A stretch of DNA of 64,000 nucleotides from Acidobacteriota bacterium (GCA_040755995.1 JBFMAF010000033.1:71985-135984), one strand, 5' to 3'. Shown: positions 23,201 to 34,094, numbered from the stretch's first letter. Made by a program: numbers and translations. Notes: generated by a model not told the origin, from the sequence alone.

Positions 23201-24409
23201 TCACGCGCCGTACTTCGCGAGTCTCTCGGCGTGTGCCATGGCGAGAGGCATGATGTCCACGTGCCGCATATGACCCAATCCGCCCTGCATGCACGCGCGC
23301 TCGCCGAAGCTCATGCACCCGTCGGCGATGATGTTCTTCGCGTTGAGCAGGAGCGGTAGTTCGTGCCATGAGTGAGATTTGAGCGCGCAGGGCGTCGAGT
23401 GGTCGCCGGTGATTATGAATACGTCAGGCTTGAGACCCACCATGTCGGGGATGATCCTGTCCGTTTCCTCGATCACCTTCACCTTGGCGTCGAAATTGCC
23501 GTCTTCGCCTGCCGAGTCCGTCTTCTTGACATGGAAGAAGAAGAAGTCGTAGTTGGCCCAATTGGCCTTGAGCGTAGCGAGCTCTGTCTCGATCGTCTCA
23601 CCGGCCTCCAGCACGTCCATGCCGACCAGGCGCGCGAGTCCCTTGTACATCGGATACGTTGCGATGGCGCACGCCTTCAGGCCGTAGACCTCGGCAAACG
23701 TGGGCAGCCCCGGGTCCTTCGCGATGCCTCTCAGCGTGCATGCATTGGCTCTCGGCTCGTCCCTGAGTATGGCGAATGCCTTCTTGACCCACGTGTTGAG
23801 GATGCGCGCGCTTTTCTGAGCGCCGTCATGGTGAGGCATGACATCGAGCGGAGCGTGACCGGTCTTCTGCGGGTCAGTCTCGCTCAGGCCGTCGGCAAGT
23901 CCATCGCCTTCGAGCACCAGGGCGAAGCGGTAGTCCTTGACGGGACGGATGATCACGTCGGCGTCTTCGATTCGTTCGATCACCGAGAGTTTCTTCACGA
24001 GGCGCTCGCACTCGGACGTCGGGATGCGTCCGGCCCTGCGGTCGGTGATGAGGCCGGTGGCGGTGTCGACGGTGCAGAAATTGCCGCGGACGGCGAGGCT
24101 CGTCGACTTGAGGTGCAGGCCTATGCCGAGGGACTCGAGCACTCCGCGACCGATCTGGTATGCAAGCGGGTCGTATCCGAAGAGGCCGAGATGGCCGGGG
24201 CCGCTCCCCGGCGTGATCCCTCGAGAGATCGGCGCGGACAGCCCCAGCACCGATTGCTTCGCCAGACCGTCCATGTTAGGGGTGTTCGCCGCTTCGAGCT
24301 CCGTGAGCCCGTTCGGTCCAGGCAGGCCTCCGAGTCCGTCCATCACCAGCAGCACGATCTTCTTGTCCGACGGGACGTGCAGTTCCTTCATCAGGTCTAT
24401 TTGGGTCAT
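23201..24409 (-). CDS. apgM: 2,3-bisphosphoglycerate-independent phosphoglycerate mutase (archaeal type)
   Basis: MDGLGG, PGSGPGHL, DRRAGRI, KTDSAGEDG and TGDHSTP motifs. Confidence 0.9.
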   Translation of the reverse strand: MTQIDLMKELHVPSDKKIVLLVMDGLGGLPGPNGLTELEAANTPNMDGLAKQSVLGLSAPISRGITPGSGPGHLGLFGYDPLAYQIGRGVLESLGIGLHLKSTSLAVRGNFCTVDTATGLITDRRAGRIPTSECERLVKKLSVIERIEDADVIIRPVKDYRFALVLEGDGLADGLSETDPQKTGHAPLDVMPHHDGAQKSARILNTWVKKAFAILRDEPRANACTLRGIAKDPGLPTFAEVYGLKACAIATYPMYKGLARLVGMDVLEAGETIETELATLKANWANYDFFFFHVKKTDSAGEDGNFDAKVKVIEETDRIIPDMVGLKPDVFIITGDHSTPCALKSHSWHELPLLLNAKNIIADGCMSFGERACMQGGLGHMRHVDIMPLAMAHAERLAKYGA

Positions 24410-24574
24410 CTCGCCCCTCCTCTCGTTGATCGCTCAGACTCGATCATCATATCCGTTCACGCTCCAACTTCAAGCGACGCGATGTGCGAGTCGCAGCCCG
24501 TATTGAAACAGATGAGCCGATTCCCCGTATAGAACTCTCCGGGTGAGCAGAATCAGCATAGGGGGAGCGACACC

Positions 24575-26194
24575 ATGAGGAAGACACTCGTGATTCTCTG
24601 CCTGTTCGGGGCGACCGAGCTTGGCTTCGGCTGCACCAACATCCTCGTAACCAAGGGTGCATCGGCGGATGGCTCCGTCATCATCACCTACTCGGTGGAT
24701 GGTGAATACCACCCGATCCTGCGGTTCACACCCGCAAAGGACCACGCCCCGGGCGAGGTCTACGAGGTGAGGGGCTGGGACGGCAAGGCCGGCGCGCGGA
24801 TACCCGAGCCCGCACACACGTACTCCGTCGCCGGCATCATGAACGAGCACCAGCTGGCCATCGGGGAAACCACGTTCGACGGGCGGCCTGAGCTGGAGAA
24901 TCCCAAGGGCGGGATCCACTACTGGGCTCTGATCCAGCTCGGCCTGCAGCGCGCGCGAACCGCGCGCGAGGCCATCCAGGTCATGACGAAGCTCGTCGAC
25001 GAGTTCGGCTATTCATCCACGGGTGAGTCGTTCTCCATCGCCGACCCGAATGAGGCCTGGATCCTGGAGATGATCGGTCCCGGCGACGGCGGCCAGGGCG
25101 CGATCTGGGTGGCCGTCAAGGTGTCCGACGGCCAGATCTCGGCCCACGCGAACAAGGCCCGGATCGGCACTTTCCCGCTCGATGACCCTGACAACTGCCT
25201 CTGTTCGCCGCGCGTAATCGATTTCGCCATTCAGAAGGGGTACTACAATCCCAAGACTGACGGGCCGTTCAGATTCTGTGAGGTCTACTGCCCGGCGACG
25301 GCACAGAAGCTTCGCTACACTGAAACCCGCGTCTGGTCCATCTTCCGGCGCGCGGCGCCTTCTCTCAATCTCTCTTCTGACCACAGCCGCGGATTGCGTG
25401 GCACGAAATCCTATCCGTTGTGGATCAAGCCGGACAGAAAACTCTCCGTCCAGGATGTCATCGCCCTGATGCGCGACCACTACGAGGGGACGCCCTACGA
25501 CATGACCCGGGGAATCGATGCCGGGCCGTACGGATCGCCTCTCCGGGCGCGGCCCATGACCTTCAAGGTTGGCGATGACACTTACTCGTGGGAGCGCCCC
25601 ATATCCACTCAGCAGACCGGCTGTTCGTTCGTGGCCCACTGCCGGAGCTTTCTGCCCGACGAAGTCGGCGGCGTGCTCTGGTACGGGGTTGATGACACTT
25701 ACACCACGTGCTACTTCCCGCTCTACGCCGGCATCACAGCGGTGCCGAGCTCATTCACGCGAGGCAGCCTGCAGAAATTCTCGTGGGATTCGGCCTGGTG
25801 GACCTTCAACATCGTGGCCAACTACGCGCAGTTGAAGTACTCGTACATGGTCAAGGACATCCAGCAGGTCCAGCAGGAGCTCGAAGGCAACTTCTTCGTG
25901 ATGCAGCCGGCAGTGGAACAGACTGCGCTGGGAATGCTGAAGAGCGATCCGGCCCGGGCTCGGCGGTTTCTGACCGACTACTCCGTCTCCGCCGGTGAGC
26001 AGGTTATGCGCCGTTGGCGCGAGCTGGCCGAGTTTCTGTTCAGCAAGTACAATGACGGCTATGTTAAGGACGAGAAGGGCGAGCCACAGGAGCTGGGCTA
26101 CCCCGATGCGTGGCTGCGGGAGGTCATCAGGGCTCGCCCACAGGACTTCAAGCTGCCGCCGGGCGAGGAGGTCATCAGCCCGGAGAACTACTGA
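24575..26194 (+). CDS. Secreted C69 family dipeptidase
   Basis: Signal peptide followed by N-terminal nucleophile CTNILVTKGASADGS; MNEHQLAIGETT; GESFSIADPNEAW. Confidence 0.9.
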   Translation: MRKTLVILCLFGATELGFGCTNILVTKGASADGSVIITYSVDGEYHPILRFTPAKDHAPGEVYEVRGWDGKAGARIPEPAHTYSVAGIMNEHQLAIGETTFDGRPELENPKGGIHYWALIQLGLQRARTAREAIQVMTKLVDEFGYSSTGESFSIADPNEAWILEMIGPGDGGQGAIWVAVKVSDGQISAHANKARIGTFPLDDPDNCLCSPRVIDFAIQKGYYNPKTDGPFRFCEVYCPATAQKLRYTETRVWSIFRRAAPSLNLSSDHSRGLRGTKSYPLWIKPDRKLSVQDVIALMRDHYEGTPYDMTRGIDAGPYGSPLRARPMTFKVGDDTYSWERPISTQQTGCSFVAHCRSFLPDEVGGVLWYGVDDTYTTCYFPLYAGITAVPSSFTRGSLQKFSWDSAWWTFNIVANYAQLKYSYMVKDIQQVQQELEGNFFVMQPAVEQTALGMLKSDPARARRFLTDYSVSAGEQVMRRWRELAEFLFSKYNDGYVKDEKGEPQELGYPDAWLREVIRARPQDFKLPPGEEVISPENY

Positions 26195-26231
26195 GGCGCA
26201 AAGGCATCATACCGAAAGATGAGTAGACCTG

Positions 26232-26612
26232 ATGAGCAAGCCGTTCGAGGTAACCGGAAGGATCAGTAGCTTCAAGAATGCATTCCGTGGTATCTGGGCG
26301 ATGATCCGGTCTCAGCACAACGCGTGGATCCACGCCGTCGCCACGGTCGTCGTTGTTCTCGCGGGGGTCTACTGGAGAATCGACCGACGTGAATGGACCT
26401 GGCTTGTCCTCGCGATCGTGTCCGTCTGGACCGCCGAGGCACTGAACACCGCGTTCGAGTTCCTGGCCGACGCCACCAGTCCGACGTTTCACCCGTTGAT
26501 CGGAAAGGCCAAGGACGTTGCAGCGGGCGCGGTGCTGATCGCTGCGATTGGATCGGTCGTCACCGGGGTCCTTGTATTTGGCCCGCATCTGGTGCACTCA
26601 TTCAGGAGATAG
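26232..26612 (+). CDS. dgkA: Diacylglycerol/undecaprenol kinase family membrane protein
   Basis: SFKNAFRGI, EALNTAFE and KAKDVAAGAV motifs; three hydrophobic helices. Confidence 0.88.
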   Translation: MSKPFEVTGRISSFKNAFRGIWAMIRSQHNAWIHAVATVVVVLAGVYWRIDRREWTWLVLAIVSVWTAEALNTAFEFLADATSPTFHPLIGKAKDVAAGAVLIAAIGSVVTGVLVFGPHLVHSFRR

Positions 26613-26650
26613 GAGCGCAAAGGTCCCGCGGGCCCGTGGAGCGCGACATA

Positions 26651-29614
26651 TCACGGAGCCGGTCGTAGCGGCGAGGTGAGCCCCCCGGCGCTCTGCTGGC
26701 GGATCTCCGCCTCTATAGCTTCCGCCTGCGTCTGATCGCCCTCGAACAGCTCCGACCTCGCGGTCGCGCCGTCAGGCGCGTGCTTCATCTCGATGAAGAG
26801 CGGGAGCTTCTCCAGCAGGAAGACGGCGGCCAGCCCCATGGAATCGAAGCATCCTTCGCGGATCAGCGCTTCCATCGGACGCCGGTGGACCACTTCGTGA
26901 TCCACGGCGAGGACGAAGTCCGTGAATCCCTTGAAGCGATTCACTCGGTCGCGCGCCCGCATGACCTCTTCGATCACATGCTCGCCGATGCCAGGCACGG
27001 TCTCGAAGCCGAGTTGGATCTCGCCGTCCCTCGCCTCACAACGAGCCGAGCTCAGGTTGATGTCCGGTGGGTTGACACGGATGCCTTTCCTTTCGCACTC
27101 CAGGATCAGCGATTCGAGGCCGAGTCCCTCGCCGGCCGTTGAGGCCCTCAAGGCTGCTCGGAAGGGTGCGGGCAGATGGGTCTTCATAGCCGAGATGCGC
27201 GAGGGCAGCAGCGCCGCGCCTTCCTCGGCGCGGAAGCTCAGCGATGCCGCCATGAATCGCACGGGGTGGTGCGCTTTCAGATAGGCCAGCCAGTACACGA
27301 GCAAGGCGCCCGCGGTCACCGAGGCCTTGCTGAGAAGCCTCGGCGCCGCATCGAGGAGCATCTCGAGCAGAGCGTCCGAGTGCCTTTTCAACCTGCTGCC
27401 CAGGACGGCCCTCTTGAAGCCCGCCGCCAGCCGGTCGGGCCGGCCCCCAGTCTCGCCACCACTCAGGTGCACATCTCTCTCCTCTTCCCTCCGCGCCAGC
27501 GCGGCCTTCACGATCTCGCTCCTCCGGACGCTCCGATTCGTAAACGCCTCCAGCATCGCCTCCACCTGTTCGTGGAAGACCACGAACCCGCCGGTCTCGG
27601 CCAGGATCGAAGCGAGCTCGGGGAGCTTTTCCGGCGCCTGCTGCCCCGCAAGTATTGCCGCCTCGATGTCAGCGGCGAGATTCGGAGTCGACGCCGGCCT
27701 GAGCGTGGCGATCCGTCCGAGTGCTTTCAGCGCAATGAGCTGCTCGAAGGACTGTGGTCTGACCCGGAGAGCTCTGAACGGCGGCCCGTCAAGCGGCGTG
27801 AGCCCGGCGGTTTCACCGTTCGCGATCAACGAGTAGGCCGCCGGATCGTCGGTGCGGTCGGGCGCTGGTTCGCGCATTATGTGGAGCACCCCCAGGGCAT
27901 TGCTTCCGGGGAATTCGATCCGCAGAAAGCCGAGGCGGTCGAGCGTCTGAGGGGCGAAGTGAGACACAAGTCTTCCGTCCGGGCCGGGGCTGGAAGGGAG
28001 CGCCTCGTGCAGCGGGCCGGCAGACACCACCACCGAGTGATGGGGCATCGCATGGTGCGGAACCGATTCTACCTTCAGCGCGGCATCGAGCACCTCTCTC
28101 GCCTTCGACCCGGCCGGAGCGAGCTCGGCGGCGCGCGACGCAAGGGATCGAAGAGGAGCCTTGGGAGGAAGCGCCTTCAGAAGCGGCTCGACCTCGCGAA
28201 TCTTCACGCCCAGAGCCCTGGCGCATTCTCGGATGGCCGTGTGTGCGTGAAACGGCACGAGCTCCTCGACCATCGCCACCCGGTCCGTCCCGTGCCGTGC
28301 GGCCAGGTGGTCGACGAGCGCGCGTCGTCCGACGTTGGACACGTCGATCGCCATGTGAATGAGATGATCGCCGGAGGTGGCGGGGATGTCGAAGTACAGG
28401 CCGCACTCGACCGGGTCGACGTCGGTTATTCTCAGCGCGTGCGCCACGAGGCTGGAAGAGGCGATCCCCCTGCCGGCCGCATATGGGATGCCGAGCGCGC
28501 GAGCGTGCTCCGCCGCGTCATGCAGGATGAGAAAGTAGCTCTCCATGCGACGCTCGGTGATGGAGTCGAGCTCGGAGTCGAGCCGCCGGACGTACTTCAA
28601 GGATGCCTTGCCTCGGGCTTGCAGACCGGCGCGGGCCAGTTGCACCAGCAGCGCGGCCTCGGTTGTGCCAGGAGGTGTCGGGAAATGGGGCCTCGAACGC
28701 GGCGCGCTCTCCAAACGGAAATTGCATCGCTCCGAAATTCGCACCGTCGCGGCCAGGGCGTCCGGGAAATCGGCGAAAAGCTCCGCCATCTCCTCGTACG
28801 GGCGGAGGTAATAGTTGGAGTTGTAGTGATTGAGCTCGCGAATCTCCTGCAGAGGCGAAGTGCCCTGCCGCCGCAAGACCAGCTCAGTCTCGTCCGGCTC
28901 ATCGGCCGCGATAGGCCCGGCCCGCTCCTGGGCGATGGCCAGGAGCAGCTCCTGCCGGTAGAAATCCGAAAAACCTGCGAAGTGGGAGTCGTTGGTCACG
29001 ACGAGCTGCAGGCCGAGTCTCCGCGCGAGAGCGATGACCTCCGGCGCATAAACCCGCTCCTCGGTCTTCCCATGATCGTGAAGCTCGACGTAGAAATTGT
29101 CTCTGCCGAAGATCTGCGCGTAGGCGTCGGCGACGGCCGCGACAGCGTCCCCGCGTCCCTCGATTATGAGCCTCGGGATGTGCCCGCGGAGGCACCCGCT
29201 CAGGGCTATCAGGCCTTCCGTGTGCGAGTGGAGCCTCTCCCAGGGCACGTAGCGGACGCGAGTGCCGGGGAGTGGGGTCGAGGTGGCAAGCAGGCGGCAG
29301 AGGTTCGCGTAGCCCTGCTGGTTCTTGATGAGCACCGGGAGATGATAGAGATTGAACTGCTCGGCACCGCCGGGGATGCCCTCGGCAGGCTCGTTTGCGC
29401 GGACATAGAGCTCGCACCCGAGGACCGGCTTGATCCCTGATGCCAGCGCTTTCTCGAAAAAGGCCACGGCCGCGTGCATGTTGCCGTGGTCGGTGAGCGC
29501 GAGCGCACCGAAACGCAGGCGGACCGCCTGCTCGATCAGCTCGTTCACCCGCGCAGCGCCGTCATACCACGAGTACGTCGAGTGATTGTGCAGGTGAACA
29601 AACGGGACGCGCAC
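26651..29614 (-). CDS. DNA polymerase III alpha (DnaE)-like protein with intact PHP domain, degenerate polymerase active site, no OB/C-terminal domain
   Basis: PHP motifs HLHNH, DG, TDH, GCE, YHL, SGC, TNDSH; PDIDID position reads IHMAID, KxD position reads RIE; PPDINLS and HhH (VPGIG) retained. Confidence 0.85.
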   Translation of the reverse strand: MRVPFVHLHNHSTYSWYDGAARVNELIEQAVRLRFGALALTDHGNMHAAVAFFEKALASGIKPVLGCELYVRANEPAEGIPGGAEQFNLYHLPVLIKNQQGYANLCRLLATSTPLPGTRVRYVPWERLHSHTEGLIALSGCLRGHIPRLIIEGRGDAVAAVADAYAQIFGRDNFYVELHDHGKTEERVYAPEVIALARRLGLQLVVTNDSHFAGFSDFYRQELLLAIAQERAGPIAADEPDETELVLRRQGTSPLQEIRELNHYNSNYYLRPYEEMAELFADFPDALAATVRISERCNFRLESAPRSRPHFPTPPGTTEAALLVQLARAGLQARGKASLKYVRRLDSELDSITERRMESYFLILHDAAEHARALGIPYAAGRGIASSSLVAHALRITDVDPVECGLYFDIPATSGDHLIHMAIDVSNVGRRALVDHLAARHGTDRVAMVEELVPFHAHTAIRECARALGVKIREVEPLLKALPPKAPLRSLASRAAELAPAGSKAREVLDAALKVESVPHHAMPHHSVVVSAGPLHEALPSSPGPDGRLVSHFAPQTLDRLGFLRIEFPGSNALGVLHIMREPAPDRTDDPAAYSLIANGETAGLTPLDGPPFRALRVRPQSFEQLIALKALGRIATLRPASTPNLAADIEAAILAGQQAPEKLPELASILAETGGFVVFHEQVEAMLEAFTNRSVRRSEIVKAALARREEERDVHLSGGETGGRPDRLAAGFKRAVLGSRLKRHSDALLEMLLDAAPRLLSKASVTAGALLVYWLAYLKAHHPVRFMAASLSFRAEEGAALLPSRISAMKTHLPAPFRAALRASTAGEGLGLESLILECERKGIRVNPPDINLSSARCEARDGEIQLGFETVPGIGEHVIEEVMRARDRVNRFKGFTDFVLAVDHEVVHRRPMEALIREGCFDSMGLAAVFLLEKLPLFIEMKHAPDGATARSELFEGDQTQAEAIEAEIRQQSAGGLTSPLRPAP

Positions 29615-29674
29615 TCGATGCCTCCCTCACGAAGTCCTGGCGAGGGGTGGCCCCGTACCGTGGATCGCGTAGAG

Positions 29675-29700
29675 AGTAGAGAGTGGAGAGTAGAGAGTGG
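29675..29700 (+). repeat. Heptamer tandem repeat AGAGT(A/G)G, 26 bp shared with 41466-41491
   Basis: AGTAGAGAGTGGAGAGTAGAGAGTGG; exact reverse complement at 41466-41491. Confidence 0.85.
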
Positions 29701-29760
29701 AGAGGCGTGGTTGGCATGGCCCCGGTCGCATGATAGAACCTCAGCTCTTCCTCTGTAGTC

Positions 29761-31296
29761 CTACTCCCATTCAATAGTAGAGGGCGGCTTCGGGGTGACG
29801 TCGTAGACGATGCGGTTGACGCCTCTGACTTCGTTGACGATCCGCGTCGAGATTCGATTGAGCAGCGCATGGTCGATTCGTACCCAGTCTGCGGTCATCC
29901 CGTCGAGGCTCTCGACGGCTCGGATCGCGACGACGTTTTCGTGTGTGCGTTCGTCGCCCATGACACCGACGGTCTTGACCGGGAGAAGCACGGCGAATGC
30001 CTGCCAGATCGATCCGTAGAGCCCCGCAGCCTTGATCTCATCGGTGACGATCGCGTCGGCCTCCCGCAGCAGGCGCAGCCGCTCGCTGGTCACCTCGCCA
30101 ATGATCCGCACGGCCAGACCCGGCCCCGGGAACGGCTGCCGGTCGACGATCGAGGAGTCGATCCCGAGAAGGCGGCCGACCTGGCGGACCTCGTCCTTGA
30201 ACAGCTCCCGGAGCGGCTCGACCAGTCTCAGCTTCATCCGTCTCGGCAGACCGCCGACGTTGTGATGGCTCTTGATCATGGATGAAGGCCCGGCTATCGG
30301 TACACTCTCGATGACGTCAGGATAGGTCGTGCCCTGGGCGAGGCAACGGACGTCCCGTATCTCCGCCGCCGTCCGCTCGAACAACCGTATGAACTCGCGC
30401 CCGATGATCCTTCGCTTTCGCTCGGGGTCCTTCACCCCTTTGAGTTTGCGCAGGAAGCCCTCGGACGCATCCACCATCTTTACGGGAATACGGAGCTTGC
30501 CGACGAACACGTCGCGCAGCCTCGCCGCCTCGTTCTTGCGAAGGAGCCCGTTGTCGACGAAGACGCACCTGAGCCTGCTCCCGATCGCGCCGTGAATGAG
30601 CACGGCGGCGACAGAGGAGTCGACGCCGCCGGAAAGCGCGCAGATCACCTTGCCCTCGGCTACGTCGCTGCGGATACGATCGCTGGCCTGTCTGATGAAA
30701 TCTCCCATTGTCCATCGACTCTTGATCCCGCAGATCTTGCGCACGAAGTTTTCCAGAATCTTCCTCCCGTTCGGCGTGTGCACGACTTCGGGGTGGAACT
30801 GCACTCCGTAGAGTCTGTCCAAGCGGTTCTCGAACGCGGCGAAGCGCGTGCTCGTCGTCGTAGCCACTGCGCGAAAGCCGCAGGGAAGCGCCAGAATGGA
30901 GTCGCCGTGACTCATCCAGACGTTTTGCGTGGGAGGCAGATCAACGAAGAGAGACGAAGCACTGTCGCCGACGTGGAGCTGAGCCGGGCCGTATTCGCGG
31001 CGGTGTGCCCTGGCGACCTTCCCGCCGAGCTCATGCGCCATGAGCTGCGCTCCGTAGCAAATCCCGAGAATCGGGATGCCCAGCTCGAAAAGCCCCGCAT
31101 CCACCTGCGGCGCACCCTCTCCGTAGACGCTGCTGGGCGAGCCGGACAGGATCAGCCCGCCGGGATTTTCAGCACGGATCCGCTCCGGCGCGCACGAGCA
31201 GGGCAGAATCCTGCTGAACACCTCCAGCTCTCGAATCTTGCGCGCGATGAGCTGCGTGTACTGAGATCCGAAATCGAGGATGAGGATGCTGTCCAT
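29761..31296 (-). CDS. guaA: GMP synthase (glutamine-hydrolysing)
   Basis: [45 protein letters not shown]; true start at MDSILIL (31296). Confidence 0.98.
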   Translation of the reverse strand: MDSILILDFGSQYTQLIARKIRELEVFSRILPCSCAPERIRAENPGGLILSGSPSSVYGEGAPQVDAGLFELGIPILGICYGAQLMAHELGGKVARAHRREYGPAQLHVGDSASSLFVDLPPTQNVWMSHGDSILALPCGFRAVATTTSTRFAAFENRLDRLYGVQFHPEVVHTPNGRKILENFVRKICGIKSRWTMGDFIRQASDRIRSDVAEGKVICALSGGVDSSVAAVLIHGAIGSRLRCVFVDNGLLRKNEAARLRDVFVGKLRIPVKMVDASEGFLRKLKGVKDPERKRRIIGREFIRLFERTAAEIRDVRCLAQGTTYPDVIESVPIAGPSSMIKSHHNVGGLPRRMKLRLVEPLRELFKDEVRQVGRLLGIDSSIVDRQPFPGPGLAVRIIGEVTSERLRLLREADAIVTDEIKAAGLYGSIWQAFAVLLPVKTVGVMGDERTHENVVAIRAVESLDGMTADWVRIDHALLNRISTRIVNEVRGVNRIVYDVTPKPPSTIEWE

Positions 31297-31302
31297 TGCT
31301 GG

Positions 31303-31331
31303 ATTATAGGTGCGGCGACGGCTGCGTGCAA
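31303..31331 (-). promoter_or_regulatory. sigma70 promoter of guaA, leaderless
   Basis: TTGCAC-17 bp-TATAAT ending 6 nt before the ATG; no Shine-Dalgarno. Confidence 0.7.
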
Positions 31332-31814
31332 AGGCATTCGGGCCAACGGCATCGCCTGTGCGTTCGTGGACGTAGACGTCGACGTAAACGTGAACGAATC
31401 CTCGTCCGGGGCACCGTAGACGTCTTCGTGCACATTGACGTTCACGTTCACGATCAGCAGCCAATCGGACAGGACGGTGTGAGTGGTATCAATGCGGCCC
31501 GGCATCCCTGCGGAATCGGGCCTGCCTACGCAGGTAGGGACTCCCCGATGGGCCCGGGTCTGGAGGGCGAAGGGCTCAACGGCCCGAGAAGCTCAGTAAG
31601 TTCGCTGGCCGTTGAGCCCTGAGGGGATATTGGAGGGATAGTAGAGGAAGGAGAGTCGGAATATGGGACTCGTCTTAAGTCTCGTTGAGGACGCATAGTG
31701 ACACGAGAGGCGAGCGGAGACCTCTTCGATCCCCCCTCGCCTCTCGTTCTTCATCACCGCACCCACGTTACAGTACCTACTCACTCCTGTTAGACACTCG
31801 TTCCTTCGCGAAAG

Positions 31815-32681
31815 TTACAAACTCTTCTTCTCGGCGACCAACGCGATCGTCAATACCGTCTCACGATCTTCGGTAACAGAAATCTCCTGATGGCTCGCCT
31901 GATACCCCGGCTTGACGACGTCGACTCTGTGTGTTCCCACCGAGAGCCTGAACTCGACTTCACCGGCTTCCTGGACGACCCCCCAGAAGTTGCCGTCGAC
32001 GTAGACTGATGCACCCGGGGGATTCACATTCAACTGGACCAGTCCCTGGCCCGCGATCTTTCGCTCCACTGGCGCCTGAGGAGCGGGCGTAGTAGGGGCA
32101 GTCTCAGGCGGCCTGTACTGGCTCGGTTGCTGCGACTCCGGCGGCTGCATACCCGGCGCCTGCTCACGCGGGACCACCTGGCCTGTCCCGCCCGATTGGC
32201 GCAGCCGCTGGTCCTCGGCCATCCTGTCCTCGCCTGCAACCATGGCGTACTTGACGTGAAGATCCTGCCCTTGCACAGCGTACAAGCTGATGCTGTAGGG
32301 CTGGAATCCGGGGTGCCTGAAGGTGATCGTGTGCTTGCCGGGAGTCACCCGCAAGCGCTGGAAGAACCCGTCGAAGTCGTCAACCACACCAGCGTAGTAT
32401 CCGTCCACCAGAACGGATGTCTCCTTCGGTTTCACCTCGCAACGGATCTCTACCATGGGGTCGTAGTAGCCGTAGGCCGGGTATGCCGGATACCACCAGT
32501 AATAGCCCGGCCAGTGGCGGTAGTACGGGTAGTATGGGGAGTAGCGGTACCAGCCGTGGTACCTTGGGTAGCTCTTGTAGCCTATAGAAACGCCGAACCC
32601 GACGCCGGCGGCGGCATATACGGACGTTCCCAGTGCAATCAGTATCGCGGCGACTATCGCTTTTCTCATCGCTGCCTCCAT
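31815..32681 (-). CDS. Exported PEGA-domain protein
   Basis: Signal peptide, Tyr/Pro-rich region, two PEGA-like repeats (VKPKETSVLVDGYYAG; VNPPGASVYVDGNFWG). Confidence 0.85.
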   Translation of the reverse strand: MEAAMRKAIVAAILIALGTSVYAAAGVGFGVSIGYKSYPRYHGWYRYSPYYPYYRHWPGYYWWYPAYPAYGYYDPMVEIRCEVKPKETSVLVDGYYAGVVDDFDGFFQRLRVTPGKHTITFRHPGFQPYSISLYAVQGQDLHVKYAMVAGEDRMAEDQRLRQSGGTGQVVPREQAPGMQPPESQQPSQYRPPETAPTTPAPQAPVERKIAGQGLVQLNVNPPGASVYVDGNFWGVVQEAGEVEFRLSVGTHRVDVVKPGYQASHQEISVTEDRETVLTIALVAEKKSL

Positions 32682-32704
32682 CGTTCACTTCCACTCGTCT
32701 AGAA

Positions 32705-32720
32705 TGCAAACCGTATGCCA
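32705..32720 (-). promoter_or_regulatory. sigma54 (-24/-12) promoter of the PEGA gene
   Basis: TGGCATA-cggt-TTGCA with correct GG-N10-GC spacing, 23 bp upstream of the ATG. Confidence 0.6.
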
Positions 32721-32810
32721 CGGTCCAAGGATAGAAGAATCAACAACATGCGGCTCGCCCCTGTGGAGTCTGTCTGCAAAAGCAGACAGTCTCGCCCGAT
32801 TTGGTACACT

Positions 32811-32942
32811 GGCAGTTGTCAGTCGTCGGTTGTCAGTTGGTGAGCAACCACCGTCCGTCGGCCGGTCACCCTGGTGTCGGTTGGCACTTGTTACCGGGCA
32901 GGCAACCACCGTCAGTGGCTTGGCATCGAACTGACAACTGCC
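32811..32942. repeat. 132 bp segment with perfect 13 bp terminal inverted repeats and heptamer repeats
   Basis: GGCAGTTGTCAGT (32811-32823) and ACTGACAACTGCC (32930-32942). Confidence 0.7.
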
Positions 32943-32953
32943 TGCTGCTTTCC

Positions 32954-32982
32954 TTGACATGCCGAAGGGGGTGTAGTAGCTT
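32954..32982 (+). promoter_or_regulatory. Putative sigma70 promoter of the gcv operon
   Basis: TTGACA-17 bp-TAGCTT, 11 nt before the gcvT ATG. Confidence 0.6.
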
Positions 32983-32993
32983 TCGACGCTATT

Positions 32994-34094
<1,101 letters not shown>

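Noticed and set aside
27176..29440. 754 aa plus-strand ORF and other long antisense ORFs (e.g. 9250-10581, 43976-45466, 47637-48917)
   Set aside because: Shadow frames of GC-rich genes on the opposite strand; no recognisable motifs.
26651..29614. Calling the DnaE-like gene dnaE2/imuC or the replicative dnaE
   Set aside because: Catalytic aspartates are missing, there are no imuA/imuB neighbours, and the OB/C-terminal domains are absent.
29761..29800. Island integrated at the guaA 3' end
   Set aside because: guaA is a known integration hotspot, but no integrase or duplicated guaA 3' sequence was seen.
31297..31464. N-terminal extension of GuaA (also the extended starts of gcvPA at 34144, the kinase at 43562 and the 46585-47445 ORF)
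   Set aside because: ORF-caller over-extension into repeats or neighbouring genes; family homology starts at the downstream codons given in the features.
32720..32993. Glycine riboswitch upstream of gcvT
   Set aside because: No tandem GGAGA...CCGAAG...CTCTCAGG aptamers; the promoter lies 11 nt from the start codon, leaving no room for a leader.
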